From IMG/VR virus record IMGVR_UViG_3300033183_000118, positions 1 through 57,309 of that record: 57,309 nucleotides of DNA, one strand, 5' to 3'. The notes beneath the pieces were generated by a model, which saw only the letters and a program-made list of their open reading frames with translations, had not been told where the DNA came from and searched no databases. Source of the stretch: a virus. Its lineage: Duplodnaviria > Caudoviricetes. The position numbers and the translations under genes were made by a program. Shown piece by piece: positions 46,761-56,793 of this stretch; position 1 is the stretch's first letter; the number at the start of each line of letters is the position of its first letter.

Positions 46761-47267
46761 TTGAAAACGTCGGACAGGGAAAGACAAAGAGTAAAATATG
46801 GCGCTGTTGATGGCGAGCGCGTCAAGCTCATCTGCACAAATTGCAAGAAAGAGTATTGGAACCGCGCGTCTCACGAAGACCGCAGCAAGTTCTGCTCACT
46901 AAAATGCAGGAAAGAAGCCCCAGCAAAACGAAAGGCAGAAGAAATGGCAAAACTAATGGAGAAAGCTGAACTCACCCCAGCACAATCTGCAAAAATCCGT
47001 GGCCAAATCGCAAACTATGTGCGCGATCAGATCACAGATGCACACCAAGTCGTGATGGGCAGCAAAGAATGGAACCCAACGCAAGCCCGCGTTTTCTCAG
47101 CCCTCCTCAACAAGGTCGTGCCAGACCTAAACGCCTCATATGTGCAGCACGAACACACAACCAAAGAAGTAACAGACCTCTCACGCGAAGAATTGGAAGC
47201 CATCGCCCAAGGCGTATCAACAATCGAGGTCGAATATAAGGAGCTAACCCAAAATGAAGATAACTAA
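46761..47267 (+). CDS. Putative terminase small subunit with N-terminal Zn finger
   Basis: CTNC...FCSLKC; ALLNKVVPDL...DLSREELEAIA; upstream of TerL; start uncertain (TTG after GGAG). Confidence 0.6.
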   Translation: MKTSDRERQRVKYGAVDGERVKLICTNCKKEYWNRASHEDRSKFCSLKCRKEAPAKRKAEEMAKLMEKAELTPAQSAKIRGQIANYVRDQITDAHQVVMGSKEWNPTQARVFSALLNKVVPDLNASYVQHEHTTKEVTDLSREELEAIAQGVSTIEVEYKELTQNEDN

Positions 47268-47475
47268 CCGCCAAGCTGAAGCCCTAGACAGCAACATGAC
47301 GACCGACGAACTGGGCAAAGCCATGTCACAAGTCGATCTATCTGCCGTCCCAGCCCACAAGCGCAAGGCAGCGATCATGGATCACTTCATGCGCGTGATG
47401 GCAGACGCCATATTCGACAAAAACAAAGCCCAAGAAATCCACATGTCGCGCATCCTGCGCAAACGAGGTCTCTAA
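47254..47475 (+). CDS. Hypothetical protein
   Basis: 73 aa; AAGGAG RBS. Confidence 0.7.
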   Translation: MKITNRQAEALDSNMTTDELGKAMSQVDLSAVPAHKRKAAIMDHFMRVMADAIFDKNKAQEIHMSRILRKRGL

Positions 47476-47477
47476 CC

Positions 47478-49097
47478 ATGGCCAAGATGACCCAAGCCCA
47501 AGTCGCCAAGTATCTCTTGTCGCTTCGCGACGCGGCAGACGGCTTCGAGGGTTTCGTCCGCCTGATGTTCCCCGACTGGGAACTGGCTGACTTCCAACTA
47601 GAGCTAATCAAAGCCCTCGACGACCTAGAAAAGGACAAGCTCGGCTGCAACAATCTGCTAATCACCATGCCCCCGCGCCATGCCAAGTCCACCTTTGGCA
47701 CAGTCCTCTTCCCATCGTACTTCATGGCCCGCAACCCGCAACGCTACATCATGTCTTGCTCCTATAACGCCCAACTCGCGACCGACTTTGGCCGTCAAGT
47801 CCGCGCCATTGTCGAGCAAAAGCAGATGCAGCAAGCCTTCCCATCTTTCACCCTCTCAACAGAAAGCCGAGCAGCCGACGTATGGCGCACCGAAATAGGC
47901 GGTGCCTATTTCGCTGTCGGCGTCGGCGGCACCACCTCTGGCCGACCAGCAAACCTCCTCCTAGTAGACGACCCTATCAAATCTCGCGAAGACGCAGAGA
48001 GCATGACCCAGCGGAACAAAACGTGGAACTACTACACATCAGCCCTAGCCACCCGCTTGCAACCCGAAACAGGCGGAAGCCCACCCAAACAGATCGTGAT
48101 CCTCACACGCTGGCACCCAGACGACCTCGCAGGTCGCCTGCAACAAACGGAAGACTGGGCTGAAGGCCGCTGGAAGCACATCAACTTCCCCGCCATCAAA
48201 ACCGTCCCAGGCAAGCGCATCCGTCGCAACCACTTACCCCAAGACCACCCGATGTACCTCGACGCCAAGGCAGTCAACCTCGTCTCACCCGCCAAACGCG
48301 AAGTCCCCGAGGAGGCAGAAGCCCCCCTCTGGCCCGAACGCTTCCCACTCGAAGACCTAAAACGCCGCCAACGCCTCAACCCGCGCGAGTTTGCGTCCCT
48401 CTACCAACAACAACCTTACATCGAGGGCGGCAACATCATCAAAACGGAGTGGTGGCAAAAATATCCAGCCGACCTAAAACCCGAGAACTTCGTATCCCTC
48501 GTCATCGCAGCCGACACGGCCTTCAAAAAGACCGAGACCGCCGACTACTCTGTCGCAGTCGTCGCTGGCCTCGACCGCAACGGCGACATCTACATCGTCG
48601 ACATCATGCGCGGCAAGTACGACTTCCCAGAACTCAAGCAACGCCTCATCCGCCTCAACAACCGCTGGCGCGGACGCGGCTTACGCGCCCTTTACATCGA
48701 AGACAAAGCCTCTGGCCAATCTCTCATCCAAGAACTCAAGCGCGAGAGCGGCATGTCGGTCATTCCCTACAAAGTCGTAAACGACAAGGTGGCACGGGTA
48801 AACGCGATCCTCCCTCTCGTAGAGGGAGGTCGCGTCTTCATACCCGATGCCGCAGAATGGCTCGACGACTTCATCGACGAGAGCGTATCATTCCCCAACG
48901 GCAATCATGACGACCAAGTCGACGCCGCCACAATGGCCATCGACATCCTGTCCCGAACATCCGTCAGTCCAGAGGCGTGGTCCCTGCACAGCGACCCGCA
49001 TCAATCCCTAAACCATCTGGACGACAAACACTTTGGAAAATCGTTATTAAAGACCGTCAACAAGGCTGCCTCGAAATGGCAGGGCTGGGGTCTCTAA
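47478..49097 (+). CDS. terL: Terminase large subunit
   Basis: MPPRHAKS Walker A, LLLVDDPIK Walker B, TRWHPDDL, ADTA, IEDKASG, HDDQVDA nuclease motifs. Confidence 0.96.
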   Translation: MAKMTQAQVAKYLLSLRDAADGFEGFVRLMFPDWELADFQLELIKALDDLEKDKLGCNNLLITMPPRHAKSTFGTVLFPSYFMARNPQRYIMSCSYNAQLATDFGRQVRAIVEQKQMQQAFPSFTLSTESRAADVWRTEIGGAYFAVGVGGTTSGRPANLLLVDDPIKSREDAESMTQRNKTWNYYTSALATRLQPETGGSPPKQIVILTRWHPDDLAGRLQQTEDWAEGRWKHINFPAIKTVPGKRIRRNHLPQDHPMYLDAKAVNLVSPAKREVPEEAEAPLWPERFPLEDLKRRQRLNPREFASLYQQQPYIEGGNIIKTEWWQKYPADLKPENFVSLVIAADTAFKKTETADYSVAVVAGLDRNGDIYIVDIMRGKYDFPELKQRLIRLNNRWRGRGLRALYIEDKASGQSLIQELKRESGMSVIPYKVVNDKVARVNAILPLVEGGRVFIPDAAEWLDDFIDESVSFPNGNHDDQVDAATMAIDILSRTSVSPEAWSLHSDPHQSLNHLDDKHFGKSLLKTVNKAASKWQGWGL

Positions 49098-49099
49098 AA

Positions 49100-49130
49100 G
49101 GACGACCGACTAACAATAGCAAGGTATCTT
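49100..49130 (+). promoter_or_regulatory. Putative late promoter GGACGA-N19-TATCTT (portal)
   Basis: Motif copy in the terL-portal gap. Confidence 0.7.
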
Positions 49131-49136
49131 AAAGCC

Positions 49137-51098
49137 ATGGCAGTAAACGGACCTAAAAGCACACCAAGTCTCCCATCGGGAAGCAGCTACCGCAACGCGG
49201 AGTACACTGCTGGCCCCAACGAGGGCGTGGTCGTAGACCTATCAGAGTTTGCAGATCGTCTTACCAACTACGAAGACATCTCCGCAGACCTTTCCGAGGA
49301 GCAAGAGCGCCGCATCGTCGACTACGTCAAGTCGATGGTCGATATGTCATATTTCAAAATCCGCAAACGCTACGATCACTGGAAGGAGGCAGACCGCGCA
49401 CATGACGTGTACGTCAACCCAGATGCGACCGATTTCCGCGAAAAGGCGGTCATCGCGGACACCCGAGCAATCGCCGACACAGTCCTCACCTATCTCATGG
49501 CCGCTCTCGGCGGACGCAACCCTATGTTCCAACTGGAAGGACTTAACCGCAAATCGCGCCAGTCCTCCCTTATCCTTGAGCGCGTCCTCCACCAGCAAAT
49601 GCGCCGCACGGCGGGCGAAGCCCGTCTGGCCCAGCTATTACTTGACAGCACTCGTTATGGCTTTGCCCCTACCAAGGTAGTCTGGGACGCCAAGTCCAAC
49701 CAGAACCAACTCATCAACTTCGATCCCCGTCGCTGTTTCCCTGACCCGCGCGTCAACTGGGGCGACTGGGACAACATGCAGTACATCGTCTTCGCCGACT
49801 ATGTCTCATACAACTCTCTCCTCTACTCTGGCCTATACCCCAAACTCAAAAAGTTCCCAGCCCTGCGCCACAAGATCAGCCCACCACGCAACGCGTGGAA
49901 TGCGCACCACTGGCACAAAGAAGAAGGCCGTGGCCTCAACATAGACCCAGCCCAACCCCACCAACGCGAACGCTTTGACCACGCCTATTTCACACTGGGC
50001 GACGCACGCGTCATCGACGAAGCATGGGTCCGTTTATCTGGCCACGAGATCAACATTCCGTCCATCGACCAAATCTTCCTCGTCATCACCATCCTCGACG
50101 AGAACGTGGTCATCCGCATGCAGCTAAACCCGTATGGCCGACAGTTCCCTGTCGTCATCGGTGGCCTATACCAAGACGCGCACAAAACATTCGGTCAATC
50201 ACTCTACGACCTAATCCTGCCGATGCACGACATCGCAACTTACCTGCTCCGCAGCCGCATCGACAACGTCACGGCAGCCCTCAACAACTTAATTTTCGCA
50301 GACCCAACCCAAGTCAGCGTCCCAGACCTCATCGACCGCAATCCATGGGGTATCGTCCGCACAATGCCAGGGACAAAGCCTGGGGACGGCGTATTCATTG
50401 CCCAAGTTCCAGACGTCACTCGTGGCCATTTCAACGACATAGCCGCGATGTCCGAACTGAAGCAGCGAGTATCCGCAGCTTCAGATGCGCAGCAAGGTAT
50501 GCCAACCGCAGACGGCATCCGAACAGCCACTGAAATACAACGCCTTACACAACTCGGTTCCCAGCGTCTTGGCGTCCTTGCTCGCATCATGTCAGCAACA
50601 ACCATCCGCCCGATGGTCCGCATGATGACGGCCAACATCCAAGACAGCCTCTCGCTCTCTGGCTCCATCAAGATCGACAGTAGCAACATGCCGACCCAAC
50701 TCGCATCCATGGTGGAAGACGGCTACCTCGATTACGACGTCGCGAAAGACCTGCAAGGCGACATCGACTACCTCGTCATTGACGGCACTCTGCCCGTCGA
50801 ACCCACTCGCAACGCCGAAACATGGATGAACATGCTTCAGATCATGTCCCAGACTGGCCTGAACATGGAGTACAACGCGGGCCAGATCGCAGAAGAAGCT
50901 ATCCGCGCCATGGGCATCACAGACCTCGACCGCTTCCGCGTCTCCAAAGAGCAACTTGATGCAGAGGGCATGTCACCCTCTCAACAGTTGGCCCTAATGG
51001 AGAAGATGCGCGGTGCATCAGTACAACCTAATGAACAAGTCCAGAACGAAGTTCAGAAGGGCAACCTCATTCCAATGTCGGAGGCCAGACGCGCATGA
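49137..51098 (+). CDS. Portal protein (podoviral type)
   Basis: 653 aa after TerL; FPDP, FG.SLYDL..P, QQG...RTATEI motifs. Confidence 0.88.
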   Translation: MAVNGPKSTPSLPSGSSYRNAEYTAGPNEGVVVDLSEFADRLTNYEDISADLSEEQERRIVDYVKSMVDMSYFKIRKRYDHWKEADRAHDVYVNPDATDFREKAVIADTRAIADTVLTYLMAALGGRNPMFQLEGLNRKSRQSSLILERVLHQQMRRTAGEARLAQLLLDSTRYGFAPTKVVWDAKSNQNQLINFDPRRCFPDPRVNWGDWDNMQYIVFADYVSYNSLLYSGLYPKLKKFPALRHKISPPRNAWNAHHWHKEEGRGLNIDPAQPHQRERFDHAYFTLGDARVIDEAWVRLSGHEINIPSIDQIFLVITILDENVVIRMQLNPYGRQFPVVIGGLYQDAHKTFGQSLYDLILPMHDIATYLLRSRIDNVTAALNNLIFADPTQVSVPDLIDRNPWGIVRTMPGTKPGDGVFIAQVPDVTRGHFNDIAAMSELKQRVSAASDAQQGMPTADGIRTATEIQRLTQLGSQRLGVLARIMSATTIRPMVRMMTANIQDSLSLSGSIKIDSSNMPTQLASMVEDGYLDYDVAKDLQGDIDYLVIDGTLPVEPTRNAETWMNMLQIMSQTGLNMEYNAGQIAEEAIRAMGITDLDRFRVSKEQLDAEGMSPSQQLALMEKMRGASVQPNEQVQNEVQKGNLIPMSEARRA

Positions 51099-51364
51099 GC
51101 AAAGTAGCAGCCCTCGCATCCCTATGCGATGCAAAAACAGTAGACTACGTCACGGAAGCCATCCGCGTGGCCGTAGCCGAACAGCAACTCGAAAACGTAA
51201 AACTATCAGAGCGCATCTCCTCCCAACGCGCCGAGATCGAAGCGCTTATAGCCCGCATCGCGGAGCTAGAAGCGCACGCAAACTCGGCGTCTGGGGACGA
51301 CAAGTACAGCTTAACTAAGGCAAAGTTAGTGCGTCTGATGAAAGAAAATGGATGGTATGACTAA
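51095..51364 (+). CDS. Coiled-coil hypothetical protein
   Basis: 89 aa, coupled at both ends. Confidence 0.7.
   Translation: MSKVAALASLCDAKTVDYVTEAIRVAVAEQQLENVKLSERISSQRAEIEALIARIAELEAHANSASGDDKYSLTKAKLVRLMKENGWYD
51295..51326 (+). promoter_or_regulatory. Possible late promoter GGACGA-N20-CAAAGT
   Basis: Weaker -10; 38 nt upstream of the fibre gene start. Confidence 0.4.
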
Positions 51365-53406
51365 TGGGTATCACGCGTCCTACAGGTGAACAGCTTCGCT
51401 TCCGCTCACAATACACGGGCGACCATGTGCTCGATGCCTACCTTGAGAGTTCGGAAAAGGGTGGGCGCTCTGTACCCGATCTTCTTGACGACATTTTCGA
51501 TAGCTCTGGCGTGTTCCGTGACGAGAACTTCGAGTTCCGTTTTGACGCAACAACCGACAAAATCCAATTCCGCGTAGGTAACTTCGCGTCCTCCACCACT
51601 GGCTGGACCGACATCACGACATTCTTCAAAATTACTGGCACCTTCAACGCGGCCACGACGTACCAGAACTTCGACCTTGCGACGACATCAGCCAAAGACG
51701 TTTACTTCGTCCATGGGCTATCATCTGGCACAACCTTCGCAAACGAAGCAGCCTTTATCGCATCATCCAATACAACGCGCATCGTCGACGTATCCGAAGC
51801 ACGCGACTGGGCCAAAAAGACTGACGGCATCGTAGACAGCACCGATTATTCCTCCAAAGCGTGGGCAATCGGTGGCACTGGCGTAACCAACTCAGCAACA
51901 GGAGGTGCAGCAAAAGAATGGGCTATCAAAACAAGTGGGACGGTCGACGGGACGAACTATTCGGCAAAGTATTGGGCGACACACCCAGACGTCATAGATG
52001 TCGCTACCCACATCGCGGATGTGAGTACGGTTGCAAACAACATCGTGAATGTAGTCCACGTCGGTGCCTATATCTCCAATGTCAACACAGTCGCAACTAA
52101 CATCGCTGACATCAACGCCGTTGTGGCAGACGCTACTGATATTGGTACGGTATCGACCAACATTTCCGATGTGAATACGGTTGCGGGCATTTCAGCAAAT
52201 GTAACGACCGTAGCGAGCAATATAAGCAACATCAGTGCGGTTGTCGCAGACGCTACGGACATTGGCACTGTGGCTACCAATATCGCTTCTGTGAACACTG
52301 TAGCTACCAATATTGATGATGTGATTACGGTAGCTAATGATCTGAACGAAGCAATCTCTGAGATTGAAACTGCTGCGAATGATTTGAATGAAGCCGTATC
52401 TGAAATTGATACGGTTTCCGCCAGTATCTCCAATGTTAATATTGTTGGTACGAACATTAGTCATGTTAATACCGTTGCAGGGATTAACGCAGCAATTTCT
52501 ACAGTTTCAGGCATTGCGTTAAATGTCAGCACTATCGCGAACAATTTAACCAACGTCACAACCGTTGCAGGGATTAGCTCTGACGTAACAACCGTTGCAA
52601 GTAACATGAGCAGCATCAACGACGCTGTTTCTAATATGAGTGCGATTAACTCAGCAGCGACTAATGCAATGGCTGCGTATAATTCAGCTAATACTGCGGC
52701 ACAAACACTCGACACATTTGAAGATATTTTCTTAGGGGTTAAGTCTTCTGCACCTTCGGTAGACAATGATGGGGACACCCTGCAAGACGGTGCGATCTAC
52801 TTCGACAGTTCAAACGATACTCTGTATGTTTATCGTAGTAGTATATGGCGAGCGATTGATGACCTAAACCAACAGGTAATCTCTAACTATACCTTTACTG
52901 CATCTGCAAACCAGACTTCATTCGGCACAACAGACGATAACAGTAATACTGTTTCGATTAACACGTCAGCAGTAACTGTATACCTAAACGGCGTTAAACT
53001 TGTACCTACGAATGACTATACGCCTTACACACAAAGTATCGTTCTGACTGAAGCTGCCCTTGCAGGTGATGTTCTTGAAGTTGTTACCTTTGAGAAGTTT
53101 TCGCCAGTACAGCATATCGCGTTCAATCAGCTAACTGGCGTGAACTTATTGCGCACATCAGGTTTCACAAACTCTATTGATGTTATGGGCATAGACGGGA
53201 ACGGAAATGTTGTTTCTCAGGCGGCTAATGTCGGCAGTCCTGTCAAACTTAATGCAGGTAACGCCGTTCAGGTGGGGTCTTGGCTTTTTGATGCGACTGG
53301 GACATCGCTTCTGATTAAGTACGGAAGCACTACCGTAATGAAAGTCACGTCAAGCGGTGATGTAGAGTTTGCGGGTAATGTTACTGCCAATGCAACTATC
53401 ACATAA
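51364..53406 (+). CDS. Tail fibre protein with VxTVAxNI shaft repeats
   Basis: 680 aa; AKxWA repeats, ~10-aa shaft repeats, DNDGDTLQDGAIYFDS, VYLNGVKL..DYT. Confidence 0.85.
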   Translation: MGITRPTGEQLRFRSQYTGDHVLDAYLESSEKGGRSVPDLLDDIFDSSGVFRDENFEFRFDATTDKIQFRVGNFASSTTGWTDITTFFKITGTFNAATTYQNFDLATTSAKDVYFVHGLSSGTTFANEAAFIASSNTTRIVDVSEARDWAKKTDGIVDSTDYSSKAWAIGGTGVTNSATGGAAKEWAIKTSGTVDGTNYSAKYWATHPDVIDVATHIADVSTVANNIVNVVHVGAYISNVNTVATNIADINAVVADATDIGTVSTNISDVNTVAGISANVTTVASNISNISAVVADATDIGTVATNIASVNTVATNIDDVITVANDLNEAISEIETAANDLNEAVSEIDTVSASISNVNIVGTNISHVNTVAGINAAISTVSGIALNVSTIANNLTNVTTVAGISSDVTTVASNMSSINDAVSNMSAINSAATNAMAAYNSANTAAQTLDTFEDIFLGVKSSAPSVDNDGDTLQDGAIYFDSSNDTLYVYRSSIWRAIDDLNQQVISNYTFTASANQTSFGTTDDNSNTVSINTSAVTVYLNGVKLVPTNDYTPYTQSIVLTEAALAGDVLEVVTFEKFSPVQHIAFNQLTGVNLLRTSGFTNSIDVMGIDGNGNVVSQAANVGSPVKLNAGNAVQVGSWLFDATGTSLLIKYGSTTVMKVTSSGDVEFAGNVTANATIT

Positions 53407-53417
53407 GGGACACAACC

Positions 53418-54215
53418 ATGCCAGTTTCTAAATCCAGACTAGTCGCTAAATGGCTAAACTCTTTTTACCGTGATACTCAGACCCAAGAGGTGGAATCCAC
53501 CCACCTAGATGAATTAGGTGGTGGGCTTCCTATTCAGATTACAAGCGAAAACATTGCTGGTTCTTTTCAGGAGATTAACGTTCTTACTGCGGATTACACA
53601 AACAACGCAGAAACCACCAAAATATACCACCCTGTTAATCGCTTAAACACTCAGCCAGAGGGCGATAATAGCCCTGCCATTGAAACACATTATGAGGGTA
53701 TCAGGGTTCGTGGCAAAGGAACTCTTTCTTGGACCACATACCAATCAGATGGAGTTTTTTCAAGGGGCGTGGGATTTGATGGAAGGGATGGTACCGCAGG
53801 ACGCATCCGTTTAGACGAAGGCTCTTCTGGCTATCCTAGCATTGTAAGTAATTACACAAATACTACCACTTCTGACTTTCGTTATGCGGATATGAGCCAT
53901 ATACGGTCACATACGCCTATGGCATATAAAATAACCCAAGGCAACCTTGCAGGGGAATATCCTATTGGTATTGTGAATATGTCTTCCTTTTCAAGCTCCC
54001 CGAATGTCACTTTAAATGCCCTGAAGGTAGGGCAGGAAGTTTTATTTAAAGTTGTGTGCGATAATAAATCCATAACGTGGCCTTCTGGTTTGACATGGTT
54101 AAACAATGGGGGTTCTGCCCCTACGCTAGTCAATGGCCAAACCCTCACCGTGGCTATAATTAAGATGGCTTCAAGTCCAGATGCCTACGATGCTTGGGTA
54201 TTGGGGAACGCATAA
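53418..54215 (+). CDS. Tail-fibre-associated protein
   Basis: 265 aa; C-terminal ITWPSGLTW..GSAPTL motif common in fibre subunits. Confidence 0.7.
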   Translation: MPVSKSRLVAKWLNSFYRDTQTQEVESTHLDELGGGLPIQITSENIAGSFQEINVLTADYTNNAETTKIYHPVNRLNTQPEGDNSPAIETHYEGIRVRGKGTLSWTTYQSDGVFSRGVGFDGRDGTAGRIRLDEGSSGYPSIVSNYTNTTTSDFRYADMSHIRSHTPMAYKITQGNLAGEYPIGIVNMSSFSSSPNVTLNALKVGQEVLFKVVCDNKSITWPSGLTWLNNGGSAPTLVNGQTLTVAIIKMASSPDAYDAWVLGNA

Positions 54216-55234
54216 TGCTTAGTAAGTTAGCCGCAAATTGGGACGATAGTCAGGGTGGCCCATCCTTGCCTACTTCAATGTCGCTTGTTAATTCGTGGCA
54301 CGGTGACGCTGAGAGTACGACTAGTACACAATTAGTTTGGAACCCCATTTTTCAACAGTATGTATCACAGACTGTGACTACCCCTCCTTCTACTGGTTAT
54401 TATTATATACCCGTGGATGAAGGAGACTTGGTAGCAGTAGTCACATCCAATGACATTAATGTTACTGGGGGTAGGTTTCTTAATAATAGTTCTTACGGAC
54501 TAGGTGTGTACTCATCCCTTTCCTCAGGCAGTGTACGAGTATCTGTGTTTAACGCCAGTGCGTTGGGAAATTATTTCTATTACAGAAACCCTGCGGGGAA
54601 CATTTACTTAAATTTCAATTTTAGCAATCTACAATCTAGACAAACAGACAGTACGGTAGCGCTTAAAAACCACGGCATTATCAGTATTTTCCACCTTCGC
54701 CCCGATGAACCTTTTTTAGCTGGTAACATAGCAGGGACAAATACACTAACAACAGGTGTAACCACCAATAGCCTTGCTGTTGCTTCTCGTAGTTCAACGA
54801 CACCTACTAACAACTACTCTACACCGTCTACGGGTTTTGAGTTTGGCATTATCAGTACCGATATGTTTGTCCAAGCAAATTTATTTGGGACAAGTCCTTG
54901 GGCACCTACAAGCGTCGGCCAACCATATTACGTTACCGACACTACTACGGCAAACCGCCCTCAACCTGCTAACACCCCTTCTAACCTGACGAGTAGTGGC
55001 GCACCTACCTTATATGCCAACACCACTAACCTTGTCACTCCGAGAACCGATGTGGCGTGGTCTTGGACATATAGTTTCTGGAATAACAATTATACTTATA
55101 TGGCGTTCAGACACGATACCTTTGTAGTTCCAACTGCGGGCACCACGCATAATATGGCGCACGCTTTCACATGGTCTGGATCGCAGAGCAGTATATTCGA
55201 GACAAAGTACTTCAGCTTTAACATTGGTGTCTAG
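54215..55234 (+). CDS. Ser/Thr/Asn/Tyr-rich beta protein (receptor-binding candidate)
   Basis: TAATG-coupled start at 54215; composition; AT-rich cassette. Confidence 0.6.
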   Translation: MLSKLAANWDDSQGGPSLPTSMSLVNSWHGDAESTTSTQLVWNPIFQQYVSQTVTTPPSTGYYYIPVDEGDLVAVVTSNDINVTGGRFLNNSSYGLGVYSSLSSGSVRVSVFNASALGNYFYYRNPAGNIYLNFNFSNLQSRQTDSTVALKNHGIISIFHLRPDEPFLAGNIAGTNTLTTGVTTNSLAVASRSSTTPTNNYSTPSTGFEFGIISTDMFVQANLFGTSPWAPTSVGQPYYVTDTTTANRPQPANTPSNLTSSGAPTLYANTTNLVTPRTDVAWSWTYSFWNNNYTYMAFRHDTFVVPTAGTTHNMAHAFTWSGSQSSIFETKYFSFNIGV

Positions 55235-55236
55235 TG

Positions 55237-56346
55237 ATGAAGAAAGTAGCGATATTAGGAAGAGGCACAGCAGGCTGCATAGTTGCAAACAGGCTTCGGG
55301 ACGTGCCTTGTGAAATAGAGTGGTATTATACTTCTGATAAAAAGCCACAGCCTGTGGGCGAAGGTACAACCCATACCTTCCCTGCTCACCTAGAACAAAC
55401 CTACGGAATGACGTTTAGTGAAATGGAAGAAGCCTTCGACGCTACGGTGAAGCTAGGCATTCATTATGAACGATGGAATAACGTAGATAGGTTTACTCAC
55501 GGGTTTGATGCGGCGGTTCACGGGATGCACTTGAATGCAGGTAAGTTTCAAGAATACGCTTTTAACTCGGCCCTTATCCTACCAAATGTAACGGCAATAG
55601 ATAAAGCTGCTACTGAAGATGAAATAGACTGCGACTACATCTTTAATTGTTCTGGTCGCCCTGCCTCTTACAAGGGGTATAGAAAGCCTAAGTATATCCC
55701 TGTTAATACTGCATATGTGACGCAATGCTTCTGGGATGCACCTCAGTTCTTCTACACAAAGACTGTCGCAATGAAATGGGGTTGGGTATTCATGGTTCCT
55801 CTGCGGAACCGTTGCAGTGTCGGATACTTATTCAACAGAGACATATGTTCTCTGGATACTGTTAAAGAGGACGTACAGCGCGTATTTGATTGGTACAAGC
55901 TCCAACCTAGCGACGTAATCAACCACATAGAGTTTGATAACTACGTCAAGGAACAGATCATCACAGAGCGTACAGCGTACTTAGGCAATGCAGGGTTCTT
56001 CCTAGAACCTATGGAAGCTACCACTATAGACGGCATACTCAGGGCAGCAAACGCAGGTATGCAAGCAATGCTTACGCCCCGTGACACGCGCAAAATGAAC
56101 GGCGAGATGCAAAAGTTCTTTGGCGATGTCGAGCAGTTCATAATGTTGCATTACGCGGCAGGTGGGTCAGAAGACAGCCCTTTCTGGGAATACGCAAGAG
56201 AGCGGGGGGAGGCTTGCTTAAAGGACATGGAAGGCAAACAACCTCTTACCGATCAGACAGAAACTTACTTCTGTCCGAAAAGCTATCAGCAAAACCTAAA
56301 AGGCATGAGCCTAAACATCCAAATGGAGCATATTCATGTATGTTAA
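55237..56346 (+). CDS. Flavin-dependent halogenase (tryptophan halogenase / PrnA family)
   Basis: GRGTAG FAD motif, VGEGT, ATVKLGI (catalytic Lys position), GWVFMVPL, GNAGFFLEPMEAT. Confidence 0.88.
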   Translation: MKKVAILGRGTAGCIVANRLRDVPCEIEWYYTSDKKPQPVGEGTTHTFPAHLEQTYGMTFSEMEEAFDATVKLGIHYERWNNVDRFTHGFDAAVHGMHLNAGKFQEYAFNSALILPNVTAIDKAATEDEIDCDYIFNCSGRPASYKGYRKPKYIPVNTAYVTQCFWDAPQFFYTKTVAMKWGWVFMVPLRNRCSVGYLFNRDICSLDTVKEDVQRVFDWYKLQPSDVINHIEFDNYVKEQIITERTAYLGNAGFFLEPMEATTIDGILRAANAGMQAMLTPRDTRKMNGEMQKFFGDVEQFIMLHYAAGGSEDSPFWEYARERGEACLKDMEGKQPLTDQTETYFCPKSYQQNLKGMSLNIQMEHIHVC

Positions 56347-56791
56347 AGTGACAGATGGTGTAGCGACTGAGTACACGCTTAATCAGCTACGGGCTGAACA
56401 CCCTAATATCTCATTCCCCGTAGCACCTTCGGCTGAATTGTTAGCTGAGTACAGCATGTATCCGTACACTATTGCGGAACACCCTGAATATAATGCTGAA
56501 ACACACACCATCGTTTCAGGTGATATTGAGCAAACCTCTGACGGAGATTGGCAAAAGGGTTGGGTACTACAGGCTATTCCCGAAGAAGACATTGCTCAAC
56601 GGGTTCGTTCTCAACGTAACGCACTTCTAGCCGCTTCAGACTTCACGCAGCTTCCAGATACCGCAAGGGACGACGCTGAACGGGCGGAGTGGGCTATATA
56701 TAGACAGGCATTACGAGACGTGACCACACAAGAGGGCTTTCCTAACACGGTTACTTGGCCTGTGACGCCAGTAAGAACTGCGGGAGAATAG
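56336..56791 (+). CDS. Tail fibre assembly chaperone-like protein
   Basis: RNALLAASDFTQLPD...WAIYRQALRDV...GFP..VTWP. Confidence 0.85.
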   Translation: MYVKVTDGVATEYTLNQLRAEHPNISFPVAPSAELLAEYSMYPYTIAEHPEYNAETHTIVSGDIEQTSDGDWQKGWVLQAIPEEDIAQRVRSQRNALLAASDFTQLPDTARDDAERAEWAIYRQALRDVTTQEGFPNTVTWPVTPVRTAGE

Positions 56792-56793
56792 AC

